DNA from: Pristiophorus japonicus
Taxonomy: Eukaryota
Assembly (NCBI RefSeq): GCF_044704955.1
Contig: NC_091996.1
Span: 2,852,001 to 2,916,000, forward strand
Length of the DNA stretch: 64,000 bases
Direction: 5' to 3'
Positions 31,700 to 64,000 of the stretch are shown in pieces. Below the pieces are notes generated by a model. That model was not told where the DNA came from and did not search any database. It saw only the letters and a program-made list of their open reading frames with translations. Each line of letters starts with the position of its first letter. Within the stretch, counting starts at the first letter, position 1. The position numbers were made by a program, and so were the translations under genes.

Positions 31700-32335
31700 G
31701 CAACATGCAGGTACAGCAAGCAATTAAGAATGCAAATGGTATGTTGGCCTTTATTACAAGAGGATTTGAGTATGAGAGTAAAGACATCTTAATGCAATTA
31801 TACAGGGCCCTGGTGAGACCACACCTGAAGTATTGTGCACAGTTCTGGTCTCCTTAACTAAGGAAGGATATACTTGCCACAGAGGGAGAGCAACAAAGGT
31901 TCACCAGACTGATTCCTGAGATTGAGTGGACTAGGTCTATATTCTCTCGAGTTTAGAAGAATGAGAGGTGATCTTATTGCAACGTACAAAATTCTTACAG
32001 GGTAGATGCAGGGAGGATGTTTCCCCCGGGCTGGGGAGTCTAGAACCAGGGGTCACAGTCTCAATAAAGGGTCAGCCATTTAGGACTGAGATGAGGAGAA
32101 ACAACTTCCCTCAGAGTGTGGTGAATCTTTGGAATTCTCTACCCCAGAGGGTTGTGGAGACTCAGTCTTTGAGTATATTCAAGACACAGATCGATAGATT
32201 TTTGAATATTAAGGGATATGGGGACAGTGCAGGAAAGTGGAGTTGAGGTCGAAGGTCAGTTGTGGTCTCAATGAATGGCAGTGCAGGCTCGAGGGCCAAA
32301 TGACCTCCTACTGCTCCTAATTCTTATGTTCTTAT
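31700..32335 (+). mobile_element. CR1 3' fragment
   Basis: LYRALVRPHL..., VVNLWNSLPQR; 3'UTR and ttcttatgttcttat tail. Confidence 0.85.
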
Positions 32336-33219
32336 AATAAAAACAGCTGGATTGGATTATCCCACGATCTCTTGGCACGGAAGGTTGGGTGCCATGGCTG
32401 TGCCCAGTTAACCCATCTCAGCCGGAGCTGGAGATAGTATTCCTGGATTGGCATGATGGAGGATATGAGCAAGGCTACCTACTAATCACTGGTTGAGCCA
32501 GGCCTGGATTGAAACAACTAATCAACTGATGCACATGGCAGTTCAATATCCCCCACACACAAAGAACAGCCACGTGGGCATCGTACTCATGCAAAACTCT
32601 GCTCCCCCACCCCCCCCCCCACCCGTGTCCTAACTCGCACCAAGTCCCCCTGTGCTCGTCGACCTACATTGGCTCCCGATCCTGCAACGCCTCGATTTCA
32701 AAATTCTCACCCTCGTCCTTATCAAATCACTCCGTGGCCTTGCCCCTCCCCATCTCTAACCTTCCCTCAGATGTCTGCTAACCTTCCCTCAGATGTCTGC
32801 ACTCCTTCCAATTCCGGCCTCTTGCATATTCTCAATTTCCATCGCTCCACCATTGGCGGCCGTGCCTCGGCCCCAAGCTCTGGAATTCCCTCCCGAAATC
32901 TCTCCCTCCACCTTTAAAACTACCTCTTTCACTCAGCGGTGGCTCGGTGTCGATCCTTGTCTGTGAAGCGCCCTGGGATGTTTTTATGATATTAAAGGCG
33001 CTACAAAAAGCAATTTGTGGTTGAGCCCAGGTCTCCTCCCCGTGAGAGTCTGCATCACCGGAAGATGAGCGGGAATAACTCATCCTTCACTTAGTTGATT
33101 AAAGCAAGTGTAAAAACAACAGTTAAAGGCCCTGGTGCATTTATCAGATCAGCTTTACTTAACACACAAAAACAAATTGAAACTGTACAGTTAACGCCCA
33201 TCACGAGTTGCTCCTGCAA

Positions 33220-62592
<29,373 letters not shown>

Positions 62593-62900
62593 GGCGGCGG
62601 CGGCGTTCCGACTAGAATCGAAAAAGGTCGCGACTGAACTTCCGGGTCAGACACATGGGCCGCCAGCAACCCGGAAGTGCCATCCACTTCCAGGTATTTA
62701 AATGTCTTTTTTAAATGACCCCAATCCTGGAAAATTCAAAATGCCCCCAAACCCCAAAGGCCGAGGCCCCCAGTCCGCCCCGCCCCTGGCCCCGCCCCAA
62801 CACCCGGGAACTTTAACCAGATACAGCTTTTCATCCCTTTGGAGAGTAAATGGTGCACTTCCGGGATAATGGCGGATGTGAAAGTGCCCTATCTTCCGCA
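62593..62900. promoter_or_regulatory. SURF2 promoter: ETS/GABP sites, GC boxes, YY1-like motif
   Basis: acttccgg 62638-62645, ccggaagt 62671-62678, cacttccggg 62856-62865; GC boxes ~62774-62797; aatggcgg 62868-62875. The mammalian Surf1/Surf2 promoter is known to use ETS factors and YY1. Confidence 0.7.
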
Positions 62901-63154
62901 CATGGAACCTGGGCCACTGCAGAGGCTGAGACACATCGTCACTCCCTCACACTCAATCCTCAACTCAACTCCACCAGCCTTAACTCAACTCCACCAGCCT
63001 TAACTCAACTCCACCAGCCTGACATTCCAAAAAATGCAGGGAGGAGGGGGTTTCTTGTAATTCTTGTTTTTACACAGACTTTACAGCACAGAAACAGGCC
63101 ATTCGGCCCATCAGGCTCATGCCATTGTTTATCGGCTGTTGGCCGTGATTCACT

Positions 63155-63350
63155 GGCTAGCGCCCTCGCCTCAGAGTCAGAAGGTTGTGAGTTCAAGCCA
63201 CTCCCAGTGCAGGATTGAGGGAGCGCCGCACTGTCGGAGGTGCCGTCTTTCAGATGAGACGTTAAACCGAGGTCCCGTCTACCCTCTCAAGTGGACGGCA
63301 CTATTTCGACGAAGAGCAGGGGAGTTATCCCTGGTGTCCTGACCAATATT
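63155..63350 (+). mobile_element. DeuSINE 5' part with a single unexpanded 33-bp motif
   Basis: tRNA-like gagtcagaaggttgtgagttcaag, then gagggagcgccgcactgtcggaggtgccgtctttcagatgagacgttaaaccgagg. Confidence 0.78.
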
Positions 63351-63469
63351 TAGACATAATAAAAACAGTTTATCTGGCCTTGAATTCAGCCCTCCTGAGC
63401 ATCCCTGATTATAATCGCTCAACCATTCGTGGCCGTGCCTTCTGTTGCCTGGGCCCCAAGCTCTGCAAC

Positions 63470-64000
63470 TGTAATGTATGTACATAAGGGGGCACTACCG
63501 TCGGAGGTCCTGGGGTCAAAGGTACACTCATAACCTGGTATGAACTTCACCTTTGTATCTTCACTTCTGGAAGCCATTAAAGACTGACCAGGTTACACCG
63601 AGTCACTGGCTCACAGTACGGAGTTCATTGTATCATTTCACACACTACAACTGGCGACGGGGCAAATACGAACCCACACAAACGTATGGCGAGCACAGCA
63701 CAATCGAGTACTGTTGGAATTCTCGAGAGACTCAATGAGGGAGAGGATTGGGGAGATTTCACGGATTGTCTTCACAAGTATTTCGTGTCAAACGACCTAA
63801 ACAAAGACAAGGATGCAGAGAAGCGCAGGGCAGTTCTTCTCACCGTCTGTGGCCCCACGATCTATGCACTCATCAAGAATCCGCTCTCACCCACTCTTCC
63901 TACAGAAAAGGATTATGAAGAACTGTGTGCTCTAGTTCGGGAACACCTTAAACCCACGGAAGGAATCATCGTATCCAGATATCACTTCTATACACATGTT
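63470..64000 (+). mobile_element. Gypsy-type LTR retrotransposon 5' end: 180-bp LTR (63470-63649), PBS, start of gag
   Basis: TGTA...TACA termini, internal ATTAAA 63576-63581, tggcgacg PBS at 63652; interrupts an L2-like fragment. Confidence 0.82.
63686..64000 (+). CDS. Gypsy gag N-terminus, open to the window edge (105 codons)
   Basis: MASTAQSSTVGILERLNEGEDWGDFTDCLHKYFVSNDL...KRRAVLLTVCGPTIYALIKNPLSP...YEELCALVREHLKP..IVSRYHFY; missing from the ORF track because no stop is reached. Confidence 0.8.
   Translation, partial: MASTAQSSTVGILERLNEGEDWGDFTDCLHKYFVSNDLNKDKDAEKRRAVLLTVCGPTIYALIKNPLSPTLPTEKDYEELCALVREHLKPTEGIIVSRYHFYTHV

Overview
Vertebrate genomic DNA, most likely a cartilaginous fish (inferred from the DeuSINE/CR1/Penelope/RTE repeat content, not from a database search). 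The window covers part of the Surfeit locus. SURF4 is complete on + (6 coding exons, 6561-26678, 269 aa, ends KKKEW). SURF2 is complete on - (6 coding exons, 62592-33220, 256 aa) and converges with SURF4. Head-to-head with SURF4 on - is a probable 15-nt first coding exon of STKLD1 (MEHYQ|gt, 2160-2146). Most of the rest is minisatellite and retroelement sequence, including a near full-length CR1, a duplicated CR1-plus-minisatellite unit, DeuSINEs with internal 33-bp expansions, and the 5' end of a Gypsy element upstream of SURF2. There are two 200-N gaps. The most unusual signal is that the STKLD1 Kozak-ATG-MEHYQ-splice-donor cassette is present as 11 identical tandem copies. I see no novel protein-coding system. 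Nearly all long ORFs in the track are repeat translations.
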